The notes: generated by a model not told the origin, from the letters alone. A stretch of 64,000 nucleotides of DNA from Candidatus Omnitrophota bacterium (GCA_024542985.1 JAMXCX010000001.1:3137-67136), one strand, 5' to 3'. Positions 47,429-56,724 are shown, counted from the stretch's first letter. Translations and numbers: made by a program.

Positions 47429-48445
47429 TTATATTTCCCTGCCTACGGCTTCTGCTACCTTTTTTAGCTCTTTCATAAGACTGACAAAATTATCAGGCCT
47501 GAGCTGTTGGGTGCCATCACTCAACGCTTCTTGAGGATTGCTATGGACTTCTATCATAAGGCCATCAGCACCACAGGCAACAGCAGCCTTACTCAAAGGA
47601 CTAACCAAACCCCATTTACCTGTCGCATGAGAAGGGTCAACCACAACCGGAAGATGCGACAACATTTTTATTGCCGGAACTGCACTTAAATCTAAAGTGT
47701 TGCGCGTGAAATCTTCAAATGTCCTTATGCCTCTTTCGCACAATATAACATTAAAATTGCCCTCTGATAAAATGTATTCTGCGCTCATCAGCAATTCTTT
47801 TATAGTCGCACTTAAGCCTCTTTTTAAAAGAATAGGCTTCTTTGTCTGGCCGACTTCTTTTAAAAGATTAAAATTCTGCATATTTCTGGCACCGATTTGC
47901 AGAATATCCGAATATCTAGCAACTAATTCAACATCCCTTGTGTCCATAACTTCGGTAGCTGTAGGTACATTTAATTCGCAAGAAATATCTTTTAGTATTT
48001 TCAAGCCGTCTTCTCCCAAACCCTGGAAACTATAAGGTGATGTGCGCGGTTTAAACGCTCCTCCCCGTATAATAAGAGCTCCGGACCCTTTTACATCTTT
48101 GGCTATCTTGCTTAATTGGTCTTTGGTTTCAATAGAACACGGCCCGGCAATTACCACAACTCTCTTTGAGCCGATTTCAACACTGTTGCTTATTTTAATA
48201 ACACTTGATTCTTTCTTAAATTCACGGGATACAAGCTTATACGGGGCCAACACCGGCATTACTTTATCGACACCGGGGAAAACATCTAAAGGATATAGGC
48301 GTATAACATCTTCAGGGCCAATAACGCCGACGATGGTTCTTTCCTCGCCTTTAGAAATCATTGCTTTTAAACCTAAATTTTCTACTCGCTTAATAAGATT
48401 GTTAACTTGCTTTTCTGTTGCGCCTTTCTTAAAAACAATAATCAT
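47429..48445 (-). CDS. 3-deoxy-7-phosphoheptulonate (DAHP) synthase, type I-beta with N-terminal regulatory domain
   Basis: VIAGPCSIE...KPRTSPYSFQG...DPSHATG KDO8PS-like DAHPS motifs. Confidence 0.85.
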   Translation of the reverse strand: MIIVFKKGATEKQVNNLIKRVENLGLKAMISKGEERTIVGVIGPEDVIRLYPLDVFPGVDKVMPVLAPYKLVSREFKKESSVIKISNSVEIGSKRVVVIAGPCSIETKDQLSKIAKDVKGSGALIIRGGAFKPRTSPYSFQGLGEDGLKILKDISCELNVPTATEVMDTRDVELVARYSDILQIGARNMQNFNLLKEVGQTKKPILLKRGLSATIKELLMSAEYILSEGNFNVILCERGIRTFEDFTRNTLDLSAVPAIKMLSHLPVVVDPSHATGKWGLVSPLSKAAVACGADGLMIEVHSNPQEALSDGTQQLRPDNFVSLMKELKKVAEAVGREI

Positions 48446-48464
48446 CGGATAAGCCTCCTATTTT

Positions 48465-49550
48465 CTATTTTTGAGAGAAGCATTGCCTTAAACAACTTAT
48501 AAACTTTTTATTTTCTTTATGTTTCCCTACAGTAACTCTAAAAAAATTATCCAATCCCCAACTTTTTAAAGTCCGCACAACGATACCTTTACTTAACAAG
48601 TAATTATAGAGTCCTGTTGTATCTTTTCCATAATCAATAAGAATAAAATTAGTTGCACTTTGCCTAAAGCATAATCCGCATTTTTTTAACTCTTTATAAA
48701 GATATAACTTTTCTCTTTTTATATATGAAACTACCTTTTTTAAAAAATACTTATCCTTTAAGGCAGCTATGGCTGCTACTTGCGCAAATCTGTTTACATT
48801 AAAAGGTTCCCTAACTTTATTTAAAATTTCGGCGAGCTCTCTTGAGGCTACTCCGTAGCCGATACGCAATCCGGCCAAACCATAGGCTTTCGAAAATGTA
48901 CGCGTTAGCATTACGTTCTTTCTTCCCTTTAGAAATTGCAGTGTCCTGGGAAAATCTTTAGGTGCAAATTCAAAATACGCTTCGTCAAAATACACCAAGA
49001 CTCTATCGGGAATTTTTTTAAGAAAAGATTCTACATCTCTATGCGGTAAATATGTCCCTGTAGGATTATCAGGATTAGCGATAAAAATAATTTTTGTTTT
49101 TTTAGTAACCTTCTTGGCAATTTCATCTAAACAATAACCCAAATTTTTTAGGGGAACTTTTATCACTTTTGCATTGTTTATTCTGGCCTGGATTTCATAA
49201 ATCAAAAACGTAGGATAAGAAACTATTACCTCATCACCTTTCTCTATTAAAGCCCTCAAAGTCAAAACAATCAATTCGTCCGAACCATTGCCAAAAATAA
49301 TCTGGTTCTTAGCTACTTTTAATTTTTTAGCTATGCGTTCTCTTAAATAAAAACATCCTCCTTCAGGATAACGATTAATATTTTTTAAGTCATCTAGAAT
49401 AGCTTTATCTATATAGAAGGGAGAAAATGGAATCTCGTTTGAAGCAAGTTTATAAACTTGGGCTAAACCTAATTCTCTTTTTACTTCCTCTATAGGCTTG
49501 CCGGGCTTATAGCCCTTTATTTTTTCTAATTCTTGCCTATATATTTTCAT
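48465..49550 (-). CDS. hisC: histidinol-phosphate / aromatic aminotransferase
   Basis: LASNEIPFSP (LASNENP-like) and PLP-lysine region SKAYGLAGLRIGY. Confidence 0.8.
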   Translation of the reverse strand: MKIYRQELEKIKGYKPGKPIEEVKRELGLAQVYKLASNEIPFSPFYIDKAILDDLKNINRYPEGGCFYLRERIAKKLKVAKNQIIFGNGSDELIVLTLRALIEKGDEVIVSYPTFLIYEIQARINNAKVIKVPLKNLGYCLDEIAKKVTKKTKIIFIANPDNPTGTYLPHRDVESFLKKIPDRVLVYFDEAYFEFAPKDFPRTLQFLKGRKNVMLTRTFSKAYGLAGLRIGYGVASRELAEILNKVREPFNVNRFAQVAAIAALKDKYFLKKVVSYIKREKLYLYKELKKCGLCFRQSATNFILIDYGKDTTGLYNYLLSKGIVVRTLKSWGLDNFFRVTVGKHKENKKFISCLRQCFSQK

Positions 49551-49638
49551 AAACCAATCTTTTGTTTAGAGCTAGCCTCTTTTTTCTGTGATTGTATTTT
49601 ATAAATACTCTTAAATGCAAATAAATTGGTATGTGTTA

Positions 49639-50697
49639 TCAGCTTTCTTTGGGGTAAGAGCCAAGAATTTTGATGAAAATACAATTTCTCTTTAATTTCG
49701 CCAAAGCCTTTTTAACAAAGGGAAAGCTTCTGTGCCCTTCGATATCTACAAAGAAGTAATACTCCCAAGGCTTTTTCTTAGAAGGCCTGGATTCAATCTT
49801 AGTAAGATTAATGCTACAGCTCTTAAACGAATAAAGAACATCATAAAGGGCTCCTACTTTGTCTTTTATAGAGAATAAAATAGAAGTCTTATCCTTGCCT
49901 GAGGCAAAACTGTCATTTTTAGCTATAACCAGAAACCTTGTGTAATTATTAGGAGAATCTTCTATCGAAGAAGCTATAATCTTTAAATCGTAAATATTGG
50001 CAAGAACCTTATTACCTATACAGGCACCGTAGGCATCTTTTTTGGCCTTGAGGGCAGCTTTGGCAGTTGAAAAAACAGGAACTAGCTCTGCGCCTTTTAA
50101 AGAACGCGATATCCACTTTCTGCACTGTGCAAATACTTGGGGATTGGAATAAACTCTTTTTATCCTTTTTAAAGACTTTCCGCAAAGGGCCTGGGAAATA
50201 TTCAGGGTTATTTCAGCACATATGCTTAGTGTAGATACGAAAAACATATCTAAGGTATAGTTAACAACACCTTCTGTGGAATTTTCTATTGGAACAACTC
50301 CGTAATCCACTTCGCCCTTCTCTACTTTGTCAAAAACATCACTGATACTTTCTGTAGGCAAATATTTTGATTTTTTACCAAACTTTTTCATTGACGCTAA
50401 ATGAGTAAATGTACCTTGCGGCCCCAAATAGGCTATTTCTAAGACAGAATGTTGCGATCTGCAGGCTGATAGTATTTCGCGAAAAACATTTTCTACGTCT
50501 GTAGAACTGAAAATTCCTTCATTGATTTTTTTAAGATGGTTTAGCATGGCAGCTTCTCTCTCGGGAGAAAAGGTTTTGATATTTTTCTTTTTTTTCAGCT
50601 TACCAACCTTTATGACTTCCGATGCTCTCTGGTTAAGAAGACCTAGAATCTTTTCGTCTATTGTATCAATCTTATCTCTTAACTTTTTTAGTTGCAT
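49639..50697 (-). CDS. pheA: bifunctional chorismate mutase / prephenate dehydratase
   Basis: N-terminal CM helix LRDKIDTIDEKILGLLNQRA; PDT domain; C-terminal ACT domain. Confidence 0.85.
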   Translation of the reverse strand: MQLKKLRDKIDTIDEKILGLLNQRASEVIKVGKLKKKKNIKTFSPEREAAMLNHLKKINEGIFSSTDVENVFREILSACRSQHSVLEIAYLGPQGTFTHLASMKKFGKKSKYLPTESISDVFDKVEKGEVDYGVVPIENSTEGVVNYTLDMFFVSTLSICAEITLNISQALCGKSLKRIKRVYSNPQVFAQCRKWISRSLKGAELVPVFSTAKAALKAKKDAYGACIGNKVLANIYDLKIIASSIEDSPNNYTRFLVIAKNDSFASGKDKTSILFSIKDKVGALYDVLYSFKSCSINLTKIESRPSKKKPWEYYFFVDIEGHRSFPFVKKALAKLKRNCIFIKILGSYPKES

Positions 50698-50792
50698 ATT
50701 TTTTATCCCCCGCCTTGCTATAAAACCTTATAAATTTTATCCTTAAACCTATTATGCTCCTTAATAGCCTGTTAAAAACATATTAATTTGAC

Positions 50793-51527
50793 TTAATTTT
50801 TGAATTCTTTTTCGGCTTCTTTTAAAGAATCGAAATGCCCGATATCAATCCATTCTCCCTCTAAAGTATATCCGAAAACTTCTTTGGTTTGAACCAACCA
50901 CCTTATATACGTTCCGGAGGCATCAACATTATTGCTTTGGCTCAAGAACGAATTTAACAAATCTAAAGATTTTTTAGGAAAAAAATAAACACACGACGCT
51001 GCCAATGTTGAAGGTGGATCTTTTGGCTTTTCTTCAAACCTTACTATTTTGCCATTTCCGTCTAGAAGCACCACGCCAAAACGCCTAGCCGCTTCTTTAT
51101 ACTTAACATCATAAAGGCCTATAGAAGAATGCGGTTCTTTGCTCCTGGCAAACTTGATAAATTTCACTAAATTGTCTCTAAATAAATTATCTCCCCCTAA
51201 AACTAAACAATCAGTTTCAGCCCCTCTTATAGCTAATTCCATATCCTTAACAGCACCTAGCCTATCATCGGGTGTATTTGAGCCATCGTTAATGATTTCT
51301 GCATTAACATTGTATTTATTTTTCCATTCTAAAAAGCTTTCATAAAATTTGTTGTTAACTACAACTCTTACCTCATCTACTGCAAAATTATTTTTTAATA
51401 TTGCAATTTTATCAAGCAAAAAATTGATTATAGGCTTATTATTTATCGGAACTAGAGGTTTGGCTATTTTCTGAGTTAAGGGGTAAAGCCTAGTCCCGTA
51501 ACCAGCTGCGAGAATGACTATAAGCAT
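50793..51527 (-). CDS. sugar-phosphate nucleotidyltransferase (NTP_transferase family)
   Basis: ILAAGYGTRLYPLTQKIAKPLVPI signature. Confidence 0.6.
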   Translation of the reverse strand: MLIVILAAGYGTRLYPLTQKIAKPLVPINNKPIINFLLDKIAILKNNFAVDEVRVVVNNKFYESFLEWKNKYNVNAEIINDGSNTPDDRLGAVKDMELAIRGAETDCLVLGGDNLFRDNLVKFIKFARSKEPHSSIGLYDVKYKEAARRFGVVLLDGNGKIVRFEEKPKDPPSTLAASCVYFFPKKSLDLLNSFLSQSNNVDASGTYIRWLVQTKEVFGYTLEGEWIDIGHFDSLKEAEKEFKN

Positions 51528-51528
51528 A

Positions 51529-53289
51529 TTAAACCATTAAAATGTTGCGGTAAGATTCACTTGTTAAAATCCTCTTTAATTCACTATGCAAATACTTCTC
51601 CACTTCTTTGGGCGTATGAAGTTTCAAAGTGTTCTCAACAATGCCTTTAGCATTCTCAAAGTTAATGCTATTTATTAATTCTTTTATCTTAGGTATCTGA
51701 GGAGCAGACATGCTAAATTTGTCAAGCCCCATACCTAAAAGCAAAAAGGCAAAAAGCGGATCTCCTGACATTTCACCGCACATACCTACCGGAATATTAT
51801 TATTATGAGCAGCATCAATAATGCCTTTTATCAGTTTTAAAACCCCGGGGTGGCCCGGTTCGTAAAGATAGGCTACCTTTTCATTGCCTCTATCTACAGC
51901 CAACGAATATTGGATTAAATCATTTGTGCCGATGCTAAAGAAATCACACTCTTTTGCTAAAATATCAGCAGTTAAAGCAGCTGAAGGGACTTCAATCATT
52001 GCACCTACAGCGATATCCTCATCAAATATTTTACGTTCACTCTTTAACTCTTTCTTGCACTCTTTTAGAAGGGCTTTTGCCTGTCTTAACTCTTCGATTC
52101 CTGAAATCATCGGAAACATTACCTTCACGTTCTTTTTCACAGAGGCTCTTAAAATTGCTCGCAATTGAACCTTAAAGAGGTCTGGATGCGCCAGGCAAAA
52201 CCTAATCGCTCTCCAGCCCAAAAAAGGACTCATTTCTTTAGGAACTTCGGGACGTGAAAGAAATTTGTCACCTCCGATATCAATAGTCCTAAATACCACC
52301 GAATGAGGACTAATATCCTTAGCTACGCTAAGATAAGCCGCATATTGTTCATCCTCTGAAGGAGAATCTCTCCTTCCCAAGAAAATATATTCTGTTCTGT
52401 AAAGACCAATACCCTCTGCTCCGTATTCCTTAACTAAAGAAAGTTCTTCAGGAAGCTCCATATTGGCAGAAATTGTGGCTTCTTTTCCGTCTTTAGTGCG
52501 GGCTTTAAGTGCCCGGGGTATATGGATTGCCTTTACTTCTTTAGCATATGCAGTTGATTTTTTATGGTATTCTCTTAATGTCTTATCTGTAGGACGACAA
52601 ATAACATAGCCTGAAGAACCATCAACTATAACTTTATCCCCGGATTTTACATTTTCTGTAGCTATTTCCACTCCTACAACAGCCGGAATTCTTAAAGCCC
52701 GGGCGATAATTGCAGTATGCGAAGTCCTACCTCCTATATTAGTTACAAAGCCTAAGATATTTTCTTTAGGCAAAGACGCAGTTTGAGAAGGAGAAAGATC
52801 ATGAGCAACAATAACTACCTTTTCTTTCAAATCACTTAAAGTAGCAGCTTTTTCTTTAAGCATCTTCCTTAAAACTCTTTTGGAAACATCCTCAATGTCT
52901 ATTACTCTTTCCCTTAAGTATTCATCATTAAGTTTTAACAAAGTATCGACATACTTTTTTACGCTCTGCGAAAAAGCATATTCAACATTTACGTGCTTGT
53001 TCTTAATCTGCATAATAACATCCTCAATCAAAACTCTATCTTCTAAAACGAGAAAATGTGCCTCAAATATTCTGCCGTGGTCAAAACCGATTTCTTTAGA
53101 AATTTTTTTCTGCAAATTAGATATCTCTCGACGGGTATCAATCAAAGATTCCTCCAGATGATAAATCTCCCGGGAAATTTCGTCGTGACTAATTTTTCGC
53201 TTGGGTACAGTAAGCTCGTCCTTTCTTAGTAATAAAACCTTACCTATCCCAACTCCCCCAGAAACGCCAATACCTTTTAACTTAATCAT
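51529..53289 (-). CDS. ptsI: phosphoenolpyruvate-protein phosphotransferase (PTS Enzyme I)
   Basis: 586 aa; GGRTSHTAIIARAL phospho-His region; PEP-utilising C-terminal domain; no N-terminal GAF. Confidence 0.85.
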   Translation of the reverse strand: MIKLKGIGVSGGVGIGKVLLLRKDELTVPKRKISHDEISREIYHLEESLIDTRREISNLQKKISKEIGFDHGRIFEAHFLVLEDRVLIEDVIMQIKNKHVNVEYAFSQSVKKYVDTLLKLNDEYLRERVIDIEDVSKRVLRKMLKEKAATLSDLKEKVVIVAHDLSPSQTASLPKENILGFVTNIGGRTSHTAIIARALRIPAVVGVEIATENVKSGDKVIVDGSSGYVICRPTDKTLREYHKKSTAYAKEVKAIHIPRALKARTKDGKEATISANMELPEELSLVKEYGAEGIGLYRTEYIFLGRRDSPSEDEQYAAYLSVAKDISPHSVVFRTIDIGGDKFLSRPEVPKEMSPFLGWRAIRFCLAHPDLFKVQLRAILRASVKKNVKVMFPMISGIEELRQAKALLKECKKELKSERKIFDEDIAVGAMIEVPSAALTADILAKECDFFSIGTNDLIQYSLAVDRGNEKVAYLYEPGHPGVLKLIKGIIDAAHNNNIPVGMCGEMSGDPLFAFLLLGMGLDKFSMSAPQIPKIKELINSINFENAKGIVENTLKLHTPKEVEKYLHSELKRILTSESYRNILMV

Positions 53290-53548
53290 CTCCTCTCTCC
53301 AAAAATTCTTTTAGATCATTCATGGCACTAGAGGCATCGTTACCTTCTATGATCAGCCTTATTTTCATACCATTATTTATCCCTAAGCTCAATATGGCAA
53401 TGATTGACTTACCATCGACAGCTTCACCATCTTTTTCCATCTTGACTGACGAATCAAATTTATTAGCCATTTGGACAAAGACAGACGCTGGACGCGCATG
53501 TAAACCATGAATTTTATTCACAATTATTTGTTTTTCGAATCTCTCCAT
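53282..53548 (-). CDS. ptsH: phosphocarrier protein HPr/NPr
   Basis: 88 aa; NKIHGLHARPAS (His15 region) and KSIIAILSLG (Ser46 region). Confidence 0.85.
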   Translation of the reverse strand: MERFEKQIIVNKIHGLHARPASVFVQMANKFDSSVKMEKDGEAVDGKSIIAILSLGINNGMKIRLIIEGNDASSAMNDLKEFLERGDD

Positions 53549-54786
53549 TTTTTCTTACCTTGAGTATAAATTTTCATAATCTCTTTAGCTGATTTTTTTG
53601 AATCATGCCTCAAGTAATTACGCTTACTAACAACATCTGCTTCAAAAACATCTATGTCCATCCTTTTAATCCTTTCTCTATCAAAAACTACAGGAAATGA
53701 TTTCTCCTCTGCGTATTTAATCAACAACTGGTACCTCAAACGCCCCGAATTAACTAAGCAACAGTTGACAATATCTTTTCTGGCATGAAAAAGTATCATT
53801 CTAAGGTGATCAGAAGCTGTAAAACCATCTGTTTCGCCTTGTTGTGTCATGACATTACAAAGATACAATTTTTTTACATTCCGCTTAGCGATTTCATCTG
53901 CAATATCGCCTATTAAGATATTCGGAATTATGCTAGTAAATAAACTCCCTGGCCCAAAAAGAATTATTTCTGCTTCCCTTATAGCCTCAATAACCTCCGG
54001 ATTTGGCTTGGCTTCTTGGGGAATTAAACATACCCTTCTTATAGTCTTTTCCTCATCAGGAATTTTATCCTCACCTACTTTAGCAGTCCCATCACTATAC
54101 TCTGCCCTAAGACGCAAACTATCTAAACTCGAAGGTAATACCTTACCCCTTATGGCTAAAACTATGCTGGATTCTTTTATTGCATCTTTAAAGCTCCCCG
54201 ACACTTGGGTCATGGCGGTAATAAAAAGATTGCCAAAACTATGGCCTTTAATTCCATCGCCTTCTTCGAAACGATACTGGAACAAATCACGCATTAGTTG
54301 CGGAACTTCGGCCAAAGAAACAAGACAATTCCTTATGTCCCCAGGCGGTAAAATACCAAACTCCTCTCTTAAGCGGCCTGATGAACCGCCTTCGTCGGCA
54401 ACTGCAACCACTGCAGTTATGTTAGAAGTATACTCTTTCAAGCCTTCTAATATAGTAGCTAGGCCTGTCCCGCCTCCTATGGCGACAACCTTCGGGCCTT
54501 TAGAGAGAAATCTCTTTTCATAAATTACGTCTATGAGCTCTTTATTTTTCTCAGACCAAATAACTTCAAAAAAACTTTTGATGAGAGACTTTAAACCGGC
54601 TATAAGACCTATAAAAGAAAATGTAAATAAAAACGCATCAAATACTTTTAAAAGAACATCTTTATCTTTAGAGAATCTTACTGATGAATAAATTACGAAA
54701 AACAAGCTTAAAGACAATAAAATGAACCATCTTTTTATCTTCAATCCCGGATAAAACCATTTTATAACTTTTATAAACTTCTTCAT
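53524..54786 (-). CDS. YvcK/UPF0052 (CofD-like, gluconeogenesis factor) family protein with ~100-aa N-terminal membrane anchor
   Basis: KVVAIGGGTGLATIL...VADEGGSSGRLR core; N-terminal extension with two hydrophobic helices. Confidence 0.75.
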   Translation of the reverse strand: MKKFIKVIKWFYPGLKIKRWFILLSLSLFFVIYSSVRFSKDKDVLLKVFDAFLFTFSFIGLIAGLKSLIKSFFEVIWSEKNKELIDVIYEKRFLSKGPKVVAIGGGTGLATILEGLKEYTSNITAVVAVADEGGSSGRLREEFGILPPGDIRNCLVSLAEVPQLMRDLFQYRFEEGDGIKGHSFGNLFITAMTQVSGSFKDAIKESSIVLAIRGKVLPSSLDSLRLRAEYSDGTAKVGEDKIPDEEKTIRRVCLIPQEAKPNPEVIEAIREAEIILFGPGSLFTSIIPNILIGDIADEIAKRNVKKLYLCNVMTQQGETDGFTASDHLRMILFHARKDIVNCCLVNSGRLRYQLLIKYAEEKSFPVVFDRERIKRMDIDVFEADVVSKRNYLRHDSKKSAKEIMKIYTQGKKKWRDSKNK

Positions 54787-54847
54787 GTCAACATTATTCT
54801 GAAATATAGCGCTAAAATCAAATTGCCTTGATTCAGCAATTACGCTA

Positions 54848-54867
54848 GCAACTGCCGGCAGGCAAGC
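54848..54867. repeat. GC-rich palindromic motif GCAACTGCCGGCAGGCAAGC (CTGCCGGCAG family) upstream of yvcK-like gene
   Basis: Read directly, ~65 nt upstream of the 54786 start. Confidence 0.45.
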
Positions 54868-54870
54868 TTA

Positions 54871-55341
54871 TTATCTTACTACCCGCTGCTGGTTATCCAA
54901 CAACATAAGCACATCTTTTTCATCTTTAACACTTTTAAGCCTCTGGACAAGGTATTTATCACGCAGAATTCTAGCCAAAAACGCCAACATCTTAAGATGC
55001 AAGCCTGCCTCTTTTTGATTGGAAAGAAGAAGAGCGATAACGTTAACCGGTTCTTGGTCTAAAGAGTCAAAATCAACTCCTTCTTTGGAAATAGCTATGC
55101 AGATTATAATACTTTTTACTGAGGTAAGCCTAGCATGAGGAAAAGCGATATGATTACCAATAGCGGTTGAACCCATCTCCTCTCTTTGGCAGATAAGCTT
55201 GAGAATTTCTTTTTTTTCACGGCTTTCTACTTTTCCTTTCTGGACAAGATGATCAAGAATAACAGATACAGTATTCTTTTTGCTTCTTTTTTTTAACCCT
55301 AAAATAATGCCATCTTTATCTAAATAATCCAAAATATTCAT
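54871..55341 (-). CDS. ptsN: PTS EIIA type-2 (EIIA-Ntr, PtsN-like)
   Basis: REEMGSTAIGNHIAFPHARL...PVNVIALLL...HLKMLAFLARIL. Confidence 0.75.
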   Translation of the reverse strand: MNILDYLDKDGIILGLKKRSKKNTVSVILDHLVQKGKVESREKKEILKLICQREEMGSTAIGNHIAFPHARLTSVKSIIICIAISKEGVDFDSLDQEPVNVIALLLSNQKEAGLHLKMLAFLARILRDKYLVQRLKSVKDEKDVLMLLDNQQRVVR

Positions 55342-55380
55342 ATAGTCAAAAAAATATTTAAGCAGAAAAATGATAACTAC

Positions 55381-55398
55381 TCTTCGCGTACGCGAAGA
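55381..55398. promoter_or_regulatory. perfect 18-bp palindrome TCTTCGCGTACGCGAAGA ~45 nt upstream of ptsN start (candidate operator)
   Basis: Read directly; GC-rich palindrome in AT-rich promoter region. Confidence 0.4.
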
Positions 55399-55418
55399 TA
55401 TATTTTAGTCAACCTTCA

Positions 55419-55443
55419 CCTTGCCTGCCTGCCGGCAGGCCTG
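55419..55443. repeat. GC-rich palindrome CCTTGCCTGCCTGCCGGCAGGCCTG (CTGCCGGCAG family)
   Basis: Between tRNA-Gly 3' end and ptsN start; followed by CTGTTTGCTAAAAAACAG hairpin. Confidence 0.5.
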
Positions 55444-55505
55444 TTTGCTAAAAAACAGTAATTATTTTGTTCACTGTAAACCTTGCAGCCAAAAGAGCAT
55501 TTATC

Positions 55506-55579
55506 AGCGGAGGAAGGGAATTGAACCCTCAACCTTCACGTTGGCAACGTGACGCTCTAGCCGATTGAGCTACCCCCGC
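55506..55579 (-). tRNA. tRNA-Gly(GCC)
   Basis: Minus-strand GCGGGGGTAGCTCAATCGGCTAGAGC... cloverleaf; anticodon loop TTGCCAA; T-arm GAGGGTTCAATTCCCTT. Confidence 0.8.
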
Positions 55580-55659
55580 AGTTACAGCTATAAGCTATAA
55601 GCTTTAAGTTGTAAGTATAAAGAGCAAGCACTTTCTAGCGCTGTAGCGAAATCGGGAAA

Positions 55660-55745
55660 CCGATTGTTCAATGAGACTTGAACTTTTGCAAGTAGTAAGG
55701 CTCAGCAAAAGTTCTTAGTCGAATTAATCCCGACGAGCGCAGCGA
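55660..55745 (-). repeat. inverted copy of ~85-nt intergenic repeat family (see 58871-59040)
   Basis: Reverse complement aligns to the unit1/unit2 junction of the rpsB-upstream tandem repeat (…gtcgggattaattcgactaagaacttttg… and …caaaagttcaagtctcattgaac…). Confidence 0.55.
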
Positions 55746-55752
55746 TGTCGGG

Positions 55753-55815
55753 GAGCTACCCCCGCAATTATAGCTTTAAGCTACAAGCGGTAAGCTGTAA
55801 GCTTTAAGTTGTAAA
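55753..55815 (-). other. duplicated 5' end (14 nt) of tRNA-Gly plus upstream leader (direct repeat of 55567-55625, period ~187 bp)
   Basis: gagctacccccgca + ...agct(t/a)taagct...gctttaagttgtaa(a)g repeated; copies flank the inverted repeat element. Confidence 0.5.
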
Positions 55816-55909
55816 GAACAAATACAGAAAATTAGTACTTATTTTTTCAATGATATAATATTTATTGCGAATCAATTCTACTATCGATTATTAACAATCA
55901 GCGACTATG

Positions 55910-55991
55910 TGCGGACGGGGAGAGTTGAACTCCCACCTCTTACGAGACTAGATCCTAAGTCTAGCGCGTCTGCCAATTCCGCCACGTCCGC
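55910..55991 (-). tRNA. tRNA-Leu(TAG)
   Basis: GCGGACGTGGCGGAATTGGCAGACGC...; anticodon loop CTTAGGA; long variable arm; discriminator A. Confidence 0.8.
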
Positions 55992-56041
55992 TAATATACA
56001 GACGCTGGCTTTAATATCTTATCTTTGCACTGAAATAATCG

Positions 56042-56115
56042 TGAGCCGCCCCAGGATCGAACTGGGGACAGCCGCCTTAAAAGGGCGGTGCTCTACCAAA
56101 CTGAGCTAGCGGCCC
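56042..56115 (-). tRNA. tRNA-Lys(TTT)
   Basis: GGGCCGCTAGCTCAGTTTGGTAGAGC...; anticodon loop CTTTTAA; T-arm CCCCAGTTCGATCCTGGGG. Confidence 0.8.
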
Positions 56116-56149
56116 GCAGTGCGTTATCCTTTGATTACAAAATAAAAGA

Positions 56150-56710
56150 TCAAAACTCTTTAAGCTCTCTCTCTTTGTCTTCCAAAATCTTATCTATACT
56201 TTTTATGCAGCTATCAGTTAGTTTCTGCAATACATCTTCTGACTTAAATCTATCGTCTTCAGTAATCTTTTTGCTCTTCTCTAAGCTTTTTATTTCTTCC
56301 TTCCCATCTCTTCTCACTGTTCTAATAGATACTTTGCCTTCCTCAACTATTCTTTTAACTATTTTTATCAATTCTTGCCTACGCTCCTGCGATAAAGGCG
56401 GCACTATTAACCTTATGATTTTTCCATCGTTAACCGGAGTAATTCCTAGATCCGATTGCAAAATAGCCTTCTCGATTTCCTTAGAAGAAGAAGGATCATA
56501 AGGGCTTATCACAATCATTCTTGCTTCAGGTATTCCTATGGTTGCAATTTCTTTAAGCAATGTCAGTGTCTCGTAGTAATTTACCTTAATCCCTTCGACC
56601 ATTTTAGTATTGGCTCTACCTGAACGTAACTCGGCTAGTTCTCGCTTAGTAGCCTCTATCGCTTTCTTCATATCCCTTTCTATTTCTTTTAAAATTTCTT
56701 TTGTCAGCAT
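56150..56710 (-). CDS. frr: ribosome recycling factor
   Basis: Start taken at MLTKEILKEIERDMKKAIE... (internal Met of track ORF); conserved rpsB-tsf-pyrH-frr order. Confidence 0.85.
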   Translation of the reverse strand: MLTKEILKEIERDMKKAIEATKRELAELRSGRANTKMVEGIKVNYYETLTLLKEIATIGIPEARMIVISPYDPSSSKEIEKAILQSDLGITPVNDGKIIRLIVPPLSQERRQELIKIVKRIVEEGKVSIRTVRRDGKEEIKSLEKSKKITEDDRFKSEDVLQKLTDSCIKSIDKILEDKERELKEF

Positions 56711-56724
56711 AATAGGAGACTTTT

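Noticed and set aside
53849-54523. 224-aa plus-strand ORF antisense to the yvcK-like gene; similarly 48042-48452, 47697-48035, 26106-26501, 27849-28193, 29269-29631
   Set aside because: They are antisense shadows of conserved minus-strand genes, with low-complexity Ser/Leu/Pro-rich translations and no ribosome-binding sites.
55567-55815. Integrative element (prophage or ICE) at tRNA-Gly
   Set aside because: The duplicated tRNA fragment is the 5' end, whereas integrase att sites usually duplicate the 3' end. No integrase, excisionase or cargo genes are present. Only the ~85-nt repeat lies between the copies, so I report it as a small-element footprint only.
55590-55815. CRISPR-like array suggested by the short taagct repeats near the tRNAs
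   Set aside because: The repeats are 6-nt microsatellite-like units inside a duplicated leader, not 25-40-nt direct repeats with unique spacers. No cas genes are present.
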